Shown: positions 35,725 through 45,350 of the stretch, piece by piece
Numbering within the stretch: position 1 is the stretch's first letter
Layout of the letters: each line of letters opens with the position of its first letter
Source of the DNA: an uncultured Acetobacteraceae bacterium
GTDB lineage: Bacteria; Pseudomonadota; Alphaproteobacteria; Acetobacterales; Acetobacteraceae
NCBI GenBank assembly: GCA_964246775.1
Contig: CAXTSD010000001.1
Span: forward strand, 1 to 47,180
DNA: 47,180 bases
Direction of reading: 5' to 3'
Position numbers and translations under genes: made by a program
Notes under the pieces: model-generated
Told to the model about the DNA's origin: nothing
The model's input: only the letters and a program-made list of their open reading frames with translations
Databases searched by the model: none

Positions 35725-36587
35725 CAGATGATCGCGGGCGGGCGCGACGCGTGGCGCAGCGCGCCGAGCAGGCCCATCCCGGCGTCCAATCTGCTGAGCT
35801 TGACCCGGGTCGCGAGCGGATCGCCGTGTCTCAGTCGGCGCTGCAACCGGCGGCCCATGGCGGAGATCACTCCGGTCTCGATCCTGAGGCGGCGATCCTG
35901 GACGAATCGCGGCAGGGTCGCGCCCGTCTCGTTCCACGCATCCACCAGATCGAGCAGACGGTCGAGCACGGTCCGCAAACCCGGCGTCAGTCGGGCGCCG
36001 CTCAGGTCCTCGACGGCGGCGCCGTTCGCCGCAAGCATGTCGCATGGCAGATAGCAGCGGCCGAGCAGGCGTAAGTCGGTTGCGCAGTCCTGCAAATGGT
36101 TCAGCACCTGCAGCGCGGCGCACAAGGCGTCGGAGGCGGCATAGCTGTCAACGTGCTCGCCGTGCAGATCGAGCACGTGCCGGCCGACGGGCATGGCCGA
36201 ATAACGGCAGTAGGTGGCAAGCTCGCTCCAGTTCGCGTAGCGCCGCTTGGTCGCGTCCTGGCGGAACGCATGCAGCAGGTCGCAGGCATGCTCCACCGTG
36301 ACGCCCGTCTGGTCGAGGCTCGCACGCAGGCCGAGCGCCGCGGCGGCGCCGTGCTCCTGCTCGCGTCGCAGCACCGCCTCCATGACGTCGAGCCGGCGCA
36401 GCTTCTCATCGGCTTCGAGTTCGGCGCTGTCGGCGATGTCGTCGGCAATGCGGGCGAAGCGATAGAAGACGTGCACGTGCCGGCGCAGGTCGGGGCGGAT
36501 GAGCACCCCGACCGGGAAATTCTCATCGCCCCGGTCCTTGCCGGACCACAGGCCGACATCGGCCTCGGCTGCGGCGCTGACGCTCAC
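35724..36587 (-). CDS. hpnC: Hydroxysqualene synthase
   Basis: Motif ENFPVGVLIRPDLRRHVHVFYRFARIADDIADS. GTG 36587 overlaps the hpnB stop (GTGA). An alternative GTG start lies at 36620 (the track ORF). Confidence 0.9.
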   Translation of the reverse strand: MSVSAAAEADVGLWSGKDRGDENFPVGVLIRPDLRRHVHVFYRFARIADDIADSAELEADEKLRRLDVMEAVLRREQEHGAAAALGLRASLDQTGVTVEHACDLLHAFRQDATKRRYANWSELATYCRYSAMPVGRHVLDLHGEHVDSYAASDALCAALQVLNHLQDCATDLRLLGRCYLPCDMLAANGAAVEDLSGARLTPGLRTVLDRLLDLVDAWNETGATLPRFVQDRRLRIETGVISAMGRRLQRRLRHGDPLATRVKLSRLDAGMGLLGALRHASRPPAII

Positions 36588-37699
36588 GGCGCCGTCTGCT
36601 GATAGCTGCGCTGCTTCCACACGACGCCGCGGCCGCGATAGTGGTCGAGCGCGGAGCCGACCGTCGCCGCGGAGTAGAAAGCCCCAATGACCGGCAGCAG
36701 CAGGGCGCGCAGCGGTGACAGGCGAAAGCGGCGCAACGTCGGCACGAAGGATGCGGTGGCGGCGATCCAGGCGGCAAGACCCATTGAGCGCGCCGCGCCA
36801 TGGCCGAGGATCGTCGTCAGGGCGGGCGCCAGCCAGACCACGATCATGCCGGCGATGGTGCCGACCAGCAGCAGCGGCGAATACCCAAGCTGCACATAGG
36901 CGGTGCGCGCGACCATGCGCCAGACATCGGCGGCGTGCGGATAGGGTCGTATGCTGGTTGCCAGCAGGCTGTGACCGAGCCAGATGCGGCCCTGCCGCTT
37001 GATCCTCGCCGCGAGCGCCACGTCGTCGATCAATGCGCCGCGTATGCTCGCAATGCCACCGATGCGGGCAAGCGCCGTGCTGCGTACCAGCATGGTGCCG
37101 CCGGCGGCCGCGGCAGTGCGATGGCCCGCCCGGTTCACCAGAGAGAACGGATAGAGCAGCTGGAAGAAAAACACGAAGGCAGGCACCAGCAGACGTTCCG
37201 CCGCGCTGTCGCAGCTCAGATGCACCATCTCGGAGACCAGGTCGAGCTGGTCATGCTCGGCCTTGGCGACCAGCGCCGAGAGGTGGCCTGGCGCATGCTC
37301 GATGTCGGCGTCGGTCAGCAAGCAATACGCGGCGTCCTCCGCCCGCTCGAGGCCTTGCGCGACCGCCCAAAGCTTGCCGGACCAGCCGGCGGGACGCGGC
37401 CTGCCCTCGACCACGGTCAGGCGCGGGTCGGCAAGGCTGCGGGCGATGTCGCCGGTGCCGTCGCTGCTGCAATCGTCGACGAGTATGATCGAGAGCGGGC
37501 CGGCGAAGTCCTGAGCGAGCAGGCTGGACAGGCAGCGCGCCAGCACGGGCGCCTCGTTGCGGGCCGGGATGACCACGACGACGGCAGGCCCGGCGACCAT
37601 TGCCGCAGGGGTAAGCACTGGCCCTGCGGACCAGAAACGGCCATGCGCGAAACCAAGGTAGATCCAGCAGGCGAGCGACAACCCGGCGAGAGCGATCAT
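36584..37699 (-). CDS. hpnB: Hopene-associated glycosyltransferase (GT2)
   Basis: N-terminal TM segment followed by VVVIPARNEAPVLARCLSSLLAQDF and LLTDADIEH. The ATG at 37699 overlaps the hpnA stop (ATGA). Confidence 0.85.
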   Translation of the reverse strand: MIALAGLSLACWIYLGFAHGRFWSAGPVLTPAAMVAGPAVVVVIPARNEAPVLARCLSSLLAQDFAGPLSIILVDDCSSDGTGDIARSLADPRLTVVEGRPRPAGWSGKLWAVAQGLERAEDAAYCLLTDADIEHAPGHLSALVAKAEHDQLDLVSEMVHLSCDSAAERLLVPAFVFFFQLLYPFSLVNRAGHRTAAAAGGTMLVRSTALARIGGIASIRGALIDDVALAARIKRQGRIWLGHSLLATSIRPYPHAADVWRMVARTAYVQLGYSPLLLVGTIAGMIVVWLAPALTTILGHGAARSMGLAAWIAATASFVPTLRRFRLSPLRALLLPVIGAFYSAATVGSALDHYRGRGVVWKQRSYQQTAP

Positions 37700-38712
37700 G
37701 CGGCCTGCGGTCCGGCGCTGAACTGCGCCGAGCGGAACCAGGCCACGGCGTCGGCGATCGCCTCGCTGGCCGGTCTTGGCGCGTAGCCGAGCTCCGCCCG
37801 CGCCTTGGCGGAGGAGAAGAACATCTTCTTGCGTGCCATCGCCAGCGTGTCCCGGCTGACGATCGGGGTCCACCCGGTGGCGCGGGCGGCGAGTTCGCAG
37901 CCAATCGCAAGCGGCGTCAGCACGCTCGGGTGGAGGCGGATGCGCGGCGGTGCGCGGCCGACGAGCCGACTGATCTGCCCGAAGATGTCGCGCAGCAGCA
38001 TGTCTTCGCCGCCCAAGATGTATCTCTCGCCGATGCGGCCGCGCTCGAGCGCCAGAACGTGTCCTTCCGCGACATCGTCGACGTGCACGACGTTCAGCCC
38101 GGTCTCGACATAGGCCGGCATCCGGCCGGCGGCGGCATCGGCGATCATCTTGCCGGTCGGCGTCGGCTTGATATCGCGTGGGCCGATCGGGGTCGAGGGA
38201 TTGACGATCACTGCTGGCACGTCGCGGTCGCGGACCAGGGCCAGGACGGCTTGTTCGGCGGCGTGCTTGGAACGTTTATAGGCGCCGACAATCCTGTCGG
38301 CGTGGATCGGCGTGGTTTCGTCCGAGATGCTGCCGTCGCCGACCAGCCCCAGGGCGGCGACGCTGCTGCAGTAGACGATGCGCTCGACGCCGGCGGCGGT
38401 CGCGGCGAGCAGCAGCGCCTGACTGCCGGCGACGTTGACCCGGTTCATCGCAACCGGGTCGGGCACCCAGAGCCGGTAGTCGGCAGCGACATGCAGCACA
38501 AACCGGCAGCCGTGAACGGCGGCGGTGAGCGAAGCGGGGTCCGCCAGATCGCCCTCGACGATCTCGGCGTCCAGACCCTGCAAGTTGCGCCGATCGCTGC
38601 GAGGACGGGCGAGCAGGCGCAGCCGGTGGCCACGCGCGAGCAGCGTGCGTGCGACGGCGGAGCCGACGAAGCCTGTCGCGCCGGTAAGCAGGGTAGCGTC
38701 GGCGATGGTCAA
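37696..38712 (-). CDS. hpnA: Hopanoid-associated NAD-dependent sugar epimerase/dehydratase-like protein
   Basis: Rossmann motif LLTGATGFVGSAVARTLL and YKRSK (YxxxK), in hpn context. Confidence 0.85.
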   Translation of the reverse strand: MTIADATLLTGATGFVGSAVARTLLARGHRLRLLARPRSDRRNLQGLDAEIVEGDLADPASLTAAVHGCRFVLHVAADYRLWVPDPVAMNRVNVAGSQALLLAATAAGVERIVYCSSVAALGLVGDGSISDETTPIHADRIVGAYKRSKHAAEQAVLALVRDRDVPAVIVNPSTPIGPRDIKPTPTGKMIADAAAGRMPAYVETGLNVVHVDDVAEGHVLALERGRIGERYILGGEDMLLRDIFGQISRLVGRAPPRIRLHPSVLTPLAIGCELAARATGWTPIVSRDTLAMARKKMFFSSAKARAELGYAPRPASEAIADAVAWFRSAQFSAGPQAA

Positions 38713-38798
38713 TCAGGAACTCCGCAGGTCACGGCGGTGGTATACCGTCCCGCGCCCGACAGGTGTAGAGCACCGGGTCGCTGCCTCTCGGTGTCGCG

Positions 38799-41759
38799 TC
38801 AGCGCGCCTTTTCGAGCGCGCGGCGATGGCGGCGCTGGGCAGGCGCGGTCGGCAACGCGGCGGCGAGTTCGGCCCGCAGGTCGATCGGCGTCACCCGCGC
38901 CGGCTTGTCGCGCCGGCACCCCTCGTCTTCCCGCGCCACGTGGTCCTGGGTGTTCTGGCTGAGGTTGGGATTGTAGAAGGGATCGCCGGCGGCGAGCAGC
39001 CCGGCATAGGTCACGAGTAGGCGGCTGGTGTCTTCCGGGTGGAACACCTGCTTGGTTTCGCTGCGCGTCGCTGACTCGTAGTGGTAGAGTATCGTCGCGC
39101 CGTCGTAGAGGATCTTGCGCCCGGTCGCACCGATACGCAGGCAGAGATCGGTGTCGTTGAAGCCGATGCCGAACGCCTCATCAAAGCCGCCGACCGCCTC
39201 GAACACGTCCGCTCGCACCATCATGCAGGCCGCGGTGACGGCCGAGAACGCGCGCACCGAGCTCAGCGAGCAATTGTAGCCGAGATTGCGCCGCCCGTTT
39301 TCATCGAGCCAGGCATCCTGGAACTTCAGCGCGTGATCAGCCGACCCGTTGAAGCCGAGTATCACGCCTGCGTGCTGCACCCGCTTATCGGCGTAGAGCA
39401 GCATTGCGCCGACGGCGCCGACATCGCGACGCGCCGCGAGACTCGCAAGCCGCCCGAGCCAGCCATCCTGGACGGCCTCGATGTCGTTGTTAAGAAACAG
39501 GATGAAGCGGGCTTGCTCGAGATGCTGCCGCACCGCCGAATTGTTCATGCGTGAGAAGTTGAAGCTGCCCTTGTAAGGCATCACGGTGTGGCGTCGGGCG
39601 ATCTGCTTGAGGTAACGCCTGGTCTCGGGGTCGTCGGATTGATGGTCGACGACGACGAGGCGATAGCGTGAGTCGCCTGCGGTTCGCTCGATCGAGCTTA
39701 TGCAGGTGCGCAGCAGATCGACCTTGTTTTTCGTCGGAATGACGATGAGTATTTCGCCCTCCGCGGCCGGCCAGTCGACGTGGAACTGGTTGAACCACAC
39801 TCCGTCGGAAACGGCGGCGCCGGTCTGCAGACGGTCCAGATGCCGCTGCAGCGCGTGCCGCGTCGCCGCCATGACCTGCGCCTGCTTCGCATGGCCGGTG
39901 CTCGCCGCGTGGGTGCGCCAGCGATAGAGCACGTAAGGCACGTGCGCGACGTGACGGGCGCCTTCCAGCGCGCGGAGCACGAAGTCGACATCGGCGGAGA
40001 TCGCCATCGTCTCATCCCAGCCGCCGATCTCGCGTGCCAGCGTCGTGCGCACGCAGAGCAGATGCACGAAATAGGGATGCGACAGGTAATAGTCGTGCGA
40101 AAACGCCGGTCGGCCGCGTATTTCGGTGATGCCGTCCAGCGTCTCGTCGGTGATTGCCTCGTCCGAATACAGCAGGTCGGCATCGCTGCGGTCGATCGCC
40201 TTGCGCAGCTGCCACACCGCATCCGGCTCGAGAAAGTCGTCGTGGTCCATGAACGCCACGTGGTCGTAGCGCGCGGCGCGCAGTCCGAAATTCGTGGCGC
40301 GCGCGATGCCGCCGTTCTCCGGGGCGACCAGGAGCCGTATGCGGGCGTCGCGGGCGGCGTAGGCGGCGAGCAGCCGGCGCACCGCCGGCTCGGTCGAGGC
40401 GTCGTCGACGCAGATCAGCTCCCAGGCGTCGCACCACTGACGCGAAACGCTCTCGATCGCCTCCGAGAGGTGTCTGAGGTCGGTGTTGTAGACCGGCATG
40501 ACGAGGGAGACACCCCGACCGCCGGCCCGATGGTTGAAGCGTCGACGCAGGCGCGAGAGCACCGGAGCCGACAGGCTACGGCCGCGCTCGATGAAGGCAA
40601 GCAGGTTCGGATTGGCGGTGACGGTGCGCGGCGAGCCGACCAGGGGCGCCGTGGTGCCGGCGATCCGCACCGAGATGTCGCCGCCGATCAGGCGCTTGAA
40701 ATGCTGTGAAAGATCAAGCCTGAAGGCGCAGAGGCCGCGGGCGAGCCCGGCATCGAGCAGGTCGCCGCGGAACAGTTTCGCTTCGGCGCTCTGCAGCACC
40801 CGGCCCGCCGCGTCGACCGCTTCAACGACGACAGGCGTGTCCGGAGACTCGCGATCGAGAGCCCAACCGTAGGCGGACATGCCGTGAAAGGTGTCGAAGC
40901 TGCCGCTGAGCTGGCGCTCGACGGTCATCGTGACCGGACTGCCGGCGAGCTGCGTCGGCGTGCCGGCGAGCACGACCGCGACACGCGTCGGCTCGGTGCG
41001 CGCAACGAGATCGTCGAGCGCCACGTCGAAGCCGCAGCGCCCGTCGCCAAGTCCGAGGTCGCGCAGGTCCTCACGCAGACCGTCGGCGGTGATCGTCGTG
41101 ACGGTCTCGCCATCGATGACGATATCGAGAGCAAGCGGCTGAGCGGCTGTGAGGTCGGCGGCCCAGCCGCTGATCCGGCCGGGCCGCACCTCGTCCAGAT
41201 GCCCGGCGAGCCCGATGGCGGCGCCGGTCAGGCGCGAACCGCGCGCGGTGATGACGTAGCCGCCGATACGCGGATAGGCGGTCAGCGTATCCTCGCGCCT
41301 GAGCAAGCGGAGCAGTGGCGCCCGCAGACTGTAGAGCCGCCGGCCGTCACGGCGTTCGCCTGCGATGGCGATGCCACGGGCGATCGGGCCGTTCATGCCG
41401 AGCCACTCGAAACCGAGATGACCATCAAGCCCGTCGCGCAGGCTGAACGACAGCTCGACGACGGCGCGATGAAGACCAAGCCGATCGATCCTCAGATCGT
41501 ACCAATCCCCGAGCGCAAGCGGCTGGGCGAGCAGGCTGACGCCAGTCGTGACGTCGATAAGCTCGATCTCGGCCGCGATGACGTGCGATGGCAGCTCGAA
41601 CTGCAGGCGCTGCGCCGAGCGGCGTCCCTCAGTCGTGATCACCGCCGCGACCTGCCCGTTGAGCAGGACGGCCACAGTGGGCGGGATCACCTGACCAGGC
41701 CGAGGCAAGGCGGTCAGAATGCCGATATCCGACACCGTCGCCTCGATGATTGCAGCCAC
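38799..41759 (-). CDS. 986-aa multidomain glycosyltransferase: duplicated N-terminal domain of unknown function plus two GT2 domains
   Basis: GT2 domain 1: VSLVMPVYNTDLRHLSEAIESVSRQ...ICVDDAST...MDHDD (about aa 416-620). GT2 domain 2: ILIVIPTKNKVDLLRTCISSI...VVVDHQSDD...LNNDIE (about aa 669-900). The N-terminal repeats share the pattern GWA.D......P..V....DG/AG......A...R.DL.D.GLG/A.G.C.F. Confidence 0.8.
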   Translation of the reverse strand: MAAIIEATVSDIGILTALPRPGQVIPPTVAVLLNGQVAAVITTEGRRSAQRLQFELPSHVIAAEIELIDVTTGVSLLAQPLALGDWYDLRIDRLGLHRAVVELSFSLRDGLDGHLGFEWLGMNGPIARGIAIAGERRDGRRLYSLRAPLLRLLRREDTLTAYPRIGGYVITARGSRLTGAAIGLAGHLDEVRPGRISGWAADLTAAQPLALDIVIDGETVTTITADGLREDLRDLGLGDGRCGFDVALDDLVARTEPTRVAVVLAGTPTQLAGSPVTMTVERQLSGSFDTFHGMSAYGWALDRESPDTPVVVEAVDAAGRVLQSAEAKLFRGDLLDAGLARGLCAFRLDLSQHFKRLIGGDISVRIAGTTAPLVGSPRTVTANPNLLAFIERGRSLSAPVLSRLRRRFNHRAGGRGVSLVMPVYNTDLRHLSEAIESVSRQWCDAWELICVDDASTEPAVRRLLAAYAARDARIRLLVAPENGGIARATNFGLRAARYDHVAFMDHDDFLEPDAVWQLRKAIDRSDADLLYSDEAITDETLDGITEIRGRPAFSHDYYLSHPYFVHLLCVRTTLAREIGGWDETMAISADVDFVLRALEGARHVAHVPYVLYRWRTHAASTGHAKQAQVMAATRHALQRHLDRLQTGAAVSDGVWFNQFHVDWPAAEGEILIVIPTKNKVDLLRTCISSIERTAGDSRYRLVVVDHQSDDPETRRYLKQIARRHTVMPYKGSFNFSRMNNSAVRQHLEQARFILFLNNDIEAVQDGWLGRLASLAARRDVGAVGAMLLYADKRVQHAGVILGFNGSADHALKFQDAWLDENGRRNLGYNCSLSSVRAFSAVTAACMMVRADVFEAVGGFDEAFGIGFNDTDLCLRIGATGRKILYDGATILYHYESATRSETKQVFHPEDTSRLLVTYAGLLAAGDPFYNPNLSQNTQDHVAREDEGCRRDKPARVTPIDLRAELAAALPTAPAQRRHRRALEKAR

Positions 41760-41882
41760 GTGCCCGCTTCCCCTGTGCGCGAGTGATGGTAAATCGCCGC
41801 CCGTCGAGGTTGCTCCTGCGCCCGGCTCCTGCCAACTTGTGCCGCTCTCGAGGTTTTGAGGTCAAGCTATGCAGGCGAGGTC

Positions 41883-42932
41883 ATGAAGCTCCTCATTACC
41901 GGCGGTTGTGGATTTATCGGGTCCGCCGTCGTCCGTCATATTCTGCATCGCGGCTCCGATGAGATCATCAACATCGACAAGCTGACCTACGCCGCTTCCC
42001 GCGAAGCCCTCGAGGGGGCGGAGACGCACCCGGCCTATCGCTTCGTTCAAGCCGACATCGTCGATCGCACCGCCATGGACGCGGTCTTGAGCGAGCACCG
42101 TCCGGACGCGATCATGCATCTCGCCGCCGAAAGCCACGTGGACCGCTCGATCGACGGCCCTGGCGACTTCATCCATACCAACATCACCGGGACCTTCACG
42201 CTGCTCGAGGCGGCGCGGGCCTATTTCTCTCGCCTGGACGGCGCGAAGCGGTCGCGATTCCGGTTCCACCACGTCTCGACGGATGAGGTATTCGGAGCCC
42301 TCGCCGAGGCCGACCCGCCGTTTACCGAGACGACGCCGTATGACCCGCGAAGCCCCTATTCGGCCAGCAAGGCGGCTTCCGACCACCTGGTCCGCGCCTG
42401 GCACCACACCTATGGCTTGCCGGTCATCGTCAGCAACACGACCAACAACTACGGCCCCTGGCAGTTTCCCGAGAAGCTGATCCCGCTGACCATCACCAAG
42501 GCGCTCGCCGGTGCGCCGCTGCCAGTCTACGGCGACGGCAGCAACAAACGCGACTGGCTGTTCGTCGATGACCATGCCGAAGCGCTGGTGCGGATCGTCG
42601 AGCAGGGCGAGGTCGGGGCAACGTACGCGATCGGCGCCCGTCAGCCGCGTAGCAATCTCGACGTGGTGCGCACGATCTGCCGCCTGCTTGATGAGCGCCT
42701 GCCTGGCGACAGGCGGCGTGAGTCGCTGATCCGCTTCGTCGTTGACCGGCCGGGTCATGACTTCCGCTATGAGATCGATCCCTCGCGCTCGGAGGCGGCG
42801 CTTGCCTGGACCGCCGCGCACGATTTCGAGCGCGGCATCGCCGCGACGATCGACTGGTATCTGGCCAATCGCGCGTGGTGGGAGCCGATCCAGCAGGGCC
42901 GCTACACCGGCCAGCGGCTCGGCGCGGCATAA
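41883..42932 (+). CDS. rfbB: dTDP-glucose 4,6-dehydratase
   Basis: Motifs [26 protein letters not shown] and [18 protein letters not shown] 41883 is preceded by AGGCGAGG. Confidence 0.95.
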   Translation: MKLLITGGCGFIGSAVVRHILHRGSDEIINIDKLTYAASREALEGAETHPAYRFVQADIVDRTAMDAVLSEHRPDAIMHLAAESHVDRSIDGPGDFIHTNITGTFTLLEAARAYFSRLDGAKRSRFRFHHVSTDEVFGALAEADPPFTETTPYDPRSPYSASKAASDHLVRAWHHTYGLPVIVSNTTNNYGPWQFPEKLIPLTITKALAGAPLPVYGDGSNKRDWLFVDDHAEALVRIVEQGEVGATYAIGARQPRSNLDVVRTICRLLDERLPGDRRRESLIRFVVDRPGHDFRYEIDPSRSEAALAWTAAHDFERGIAATIDWYLANRAWWEPIQQGRYTGQRLGAA

Positions 42933-42948
42933 GAGGAGCGGCACTAAG

Positions 42949-43827
42949 ATGAAGGGCATCCTGCTTGCCGGCGGCTCTGGCACGCGGCTGCATCCGATGA
43001 CGCTTGCCGCCTCCAAGCAGTTGCTGCCGGTCTATGACAAGCCGATGGTCTACTACCCGCTCTCGGTGCTGATGCTGGCCGGCATCAGCGACATCCTGAT
43101 CATCTCGACGCCGTCCGATCTGCCGCAATTTCGCCGGTTGCTCGGCGATGGGTCAAGGTTGGGCGTGCGGTTCAGCTACCGCGAGCAGGCGGCGCCGGAC
43201 GGCATCGCCCAGGCCTTCCTGATCGGCGAGGACTGGCTCGACGGGGCGGCCTGCGCGCTCGCGCTTGGCGACAACCTGATCTTCGGCGACCACCTGTCAC
43301 GAGTGATGCAGGCGGCCGCGGCCAGAGATCACGGCGCGACGGTGTTCGCCTATCAGGTGCGTGATCCCGAGCGCTACGGCGTCGTCTCCTTCGACGAGAC
43401 CGGCCGGGCTCGCGAGATCATCGAGAAGCCGACGGTGCCGAACTCGAACTGGGCAGTGACCGGGCTGTATTTCTACGATGCCCGGGTAACCGACTTCGCC
43501 CGCGCGATCCGGCCGTCACCACGCGGCGAACTCGAGATCACCGACCTGAACGCGCGATATCTTGAGGAGGGCAGCCTGCACGTGGAGCGACTCGGCCGCG
43601 GCTGCGCCTGGCTTGACGCCGGCATGCCGGACAGTCTGCTGCAGGCGGCGACATTCGTGCAGACGATCCAATCCCGGCAAGGCATGCTGGTCGGCTGTCC
43701 CGAAGAGGTGGCGTTTCGCATGGGTCTGATCGATGCCGACGCGCTCCGTGGCCAGGCGCGCCTGCTCGCGAAGACCGAGCTCGGTCGCCTGCTGCTCGAA
43801 CTGGCGGACGGCGTGCACCCGTTGTAA
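42949..43827 (+). CDS. rfbA: Glucose-1-phosphate thymidylyltransferase
   Basis: Motif [18 protein letters not shown]...[20 protein letters not shown] 42949 is preceded by AAGAGGAG. The track ORF's upstream extension overlaps rfbB. Confidence 0.95.
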   Translation: MKGILLAGGSGTRLHPMTLAASKQLLPVYDKPMVYYPLSVLMLAGISDILIISTPSDLPQFRRLLGDGSRLGVRFSYREQAAPDGIAQAFLIGEDWLDGAACALALGDNLIFGDHLSRVMQAAAARDHGATVFAYQVRDPERYGVVSFDETGRAREIIEKPTVPNSNWAVTGLYFYDARVTDFARAIRPSPRGELEITDLNARYLEEGSLHVERLGRGCAWLDAGMPDSLLQAATFVQTIQSRQGMLVGCPEEVAFRMGLIDADALRGQARLLAKTELGRLLLELADGVHPL

Positions 43828-43857
43828 GCCGATACTCGGCTTACGCGAGGAGAAACC

Positions 43858-44415
43858 GTGACCGCCGAGCCCTTGAGCATCGCCGACGTCGTCCTGCTCA
43901 CGCCGCCGCGCTTCGGCGACGAGCGCGGCTTCTTCTCGGAAACCTACAACGCCGCGCGGGAAGCGGCATCCGGCGTCACCGGCCAGTTCGTGCAGGACAA
44001 TCAGAGCCTGTCGCGGCTGCGCGGCACGGTCCGCGGCCTGCATTGCCAGCTTGCTCCGCATGCCCAGGGCAAGCTCATACGCTGCACCCGAGGCGCGATC
44101 TTCGATGTTGCGGTAGACGCGAGACTGGGCTCGCCCAGCTACGGGCAGCACGTCTCGGCCATGCTCAGCGCGGACAATTGGTCGCAACTCTGGGTGCCGC
44201 CTGGCTTCCTGCATGGGTTCTGCACCTTGGAGCCCGACACCGAGGTGATCTACAAGGCCACCGGCTTCTTCGATCGTGGCTCCGAACGCGGTGTCGCCTG
44301 GAACGATCCGACGCTGGCCATTCCCTGGCCGATCGCGCCCGGCGAGGCGCTGCTGTCCGACAAGGACCGCGTGTTGCCGGGGTTCCAAGCTGCCAGCGGC
44401 TGGTTCACCGCGTGA
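43858..44415 (+). CDS. rfbC: dTDP-4-dehydrorhamnose 3,5-epimerase
   Basis: Motifs FGDERGFFSETY, RGLHCQ and KLIRCTRGAIFDVAVD. Confidence 0.9.
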   Translation: MTAEPLSIADVVLLTPPRFGDERGFFSETYNAAREAASGVTGQFVQDNQSLSRLRGTVRGLHCQLAPHAQGKLIRCTRGAIFDVAVDARLGSPSYGQHVSAMLSADNWSQLWVPPGFLHGFCTLEPDTEVIYKATGFFDRGSERGVAWNDPTLAIPWPIAPGEALLSDKDRVLPGFQAASGWFTA

Positions 44416-45350
44416 GCGCTGCGCCGCAAGCCGGTCGCATCCTGGTCACCGGCGGCTCCGGGCAGTTGGCGACGGCGCTCGAGCTTGCAGCACCGGATCG
44501 CGTTCATCGTGTCGGTCGCCCGGCTTTCGATTTCGACAAGCCGGAAACGGTCGCCGCCTGCTTCGCGACAGCAGCACCCACCCTGGTCATCAACACCGCG
44601 GCCTGGACCGCGGTCGATCTCGCCGAGACCAACGAAGCGGCGGCCGCGCGGGCAAACGCGGACGGACCGGCGCTGCTTGCCCGGCTCTGCGAGGCGGCGG
44701 CGATCCCGCTGATCCAGGTCTCCACGGACTATGTTTTCGACGGCTTGAAAGGCCATCCCTACACCGAGACCGATCCGGCCAGTCCGACCGGCGTCTATGG
44801 ACGCACGAAGCTCGCAGGCGAGCAGGCCGTGCTCAGCGCGTGCCGCCGGGCCGTGGTCGCCCGCACCTCATGGGTGTACTCCGCTACAGGCAAGAACTTC
44901 GTTCGCACCATGCTTGCAGCCGGCGAGCACCCCGCCCTGCGCCCCGTCCTGCGCGTCGTCGGCGATCAGCATGGCTGCCCGACCGCGGCGGACGATCTGG
45001 CGGCGGCGCTGCTCAGCGTGGCTTGCCGCCTCGCGACCGGTTGGCAGGACGCGTTCCGCGGTGTCGTGCACGTTGCCGGATCAGGTGCCACAACTTGGCA
45101 CGGGCTTGCCGAGGCGGTGTTCGCCGAGGTGGCGCGGCATGGCCGGCCCATCCCGAAACTGCAGGCAATCGCGACCGAGGAGTGGCCCACCCCGGCACGC
45201 CGGCCGCCCGATTCGCGCCTGGATTGCCGCCGATTGACTGAGATATTTTCGACCAGCCTGCCCGACTGGCAATCCGGCGTGGTGCGCGTCGTCGATCGGC
45301 TGCTGGCGGGCGCTCCGCCCGCAAGTCCCGGAGCGGCCTCGGCCGGTTGA
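44412..45350 (+). CDS. rfbD: dTDP-4-dehydrorhamnose reductase
   Basis: Motifs RILVTGGSGQLATAL, STDYVFDG and YGRTKLAGE. GTG 44412 overlaps the rfbC stop (GTGA). The track ORF's upstream extension overlaps rfbC out of frame. Confidence 0.9.
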   Translation: MSAAPQAGRILVTGGSGQLATALELAAPDRVHRVGRPAFDFDKPETVAACFATAAPTLVINTAAWTAVDLAETNEAAAARANADGPALLARLCEAAAIPLIQVSTDYVFDGLKGHPYTETDPASPTGVYGRTKLAGEQAVLSACRRAVVARTSWVYSATGKNFVRTMLAAGEHPALRPVLRVVGDQHGCPTAADDLAAALLSVACRLATGWQDAFRGVVHVAGSGATTWHGLAEAVFAEVARHGRPIPKLQAIATEEWPTPARRPPDSRLDCRRLTEIFSTSLPDWQSGVVRVVDRLLAGAPPASPGAASAG

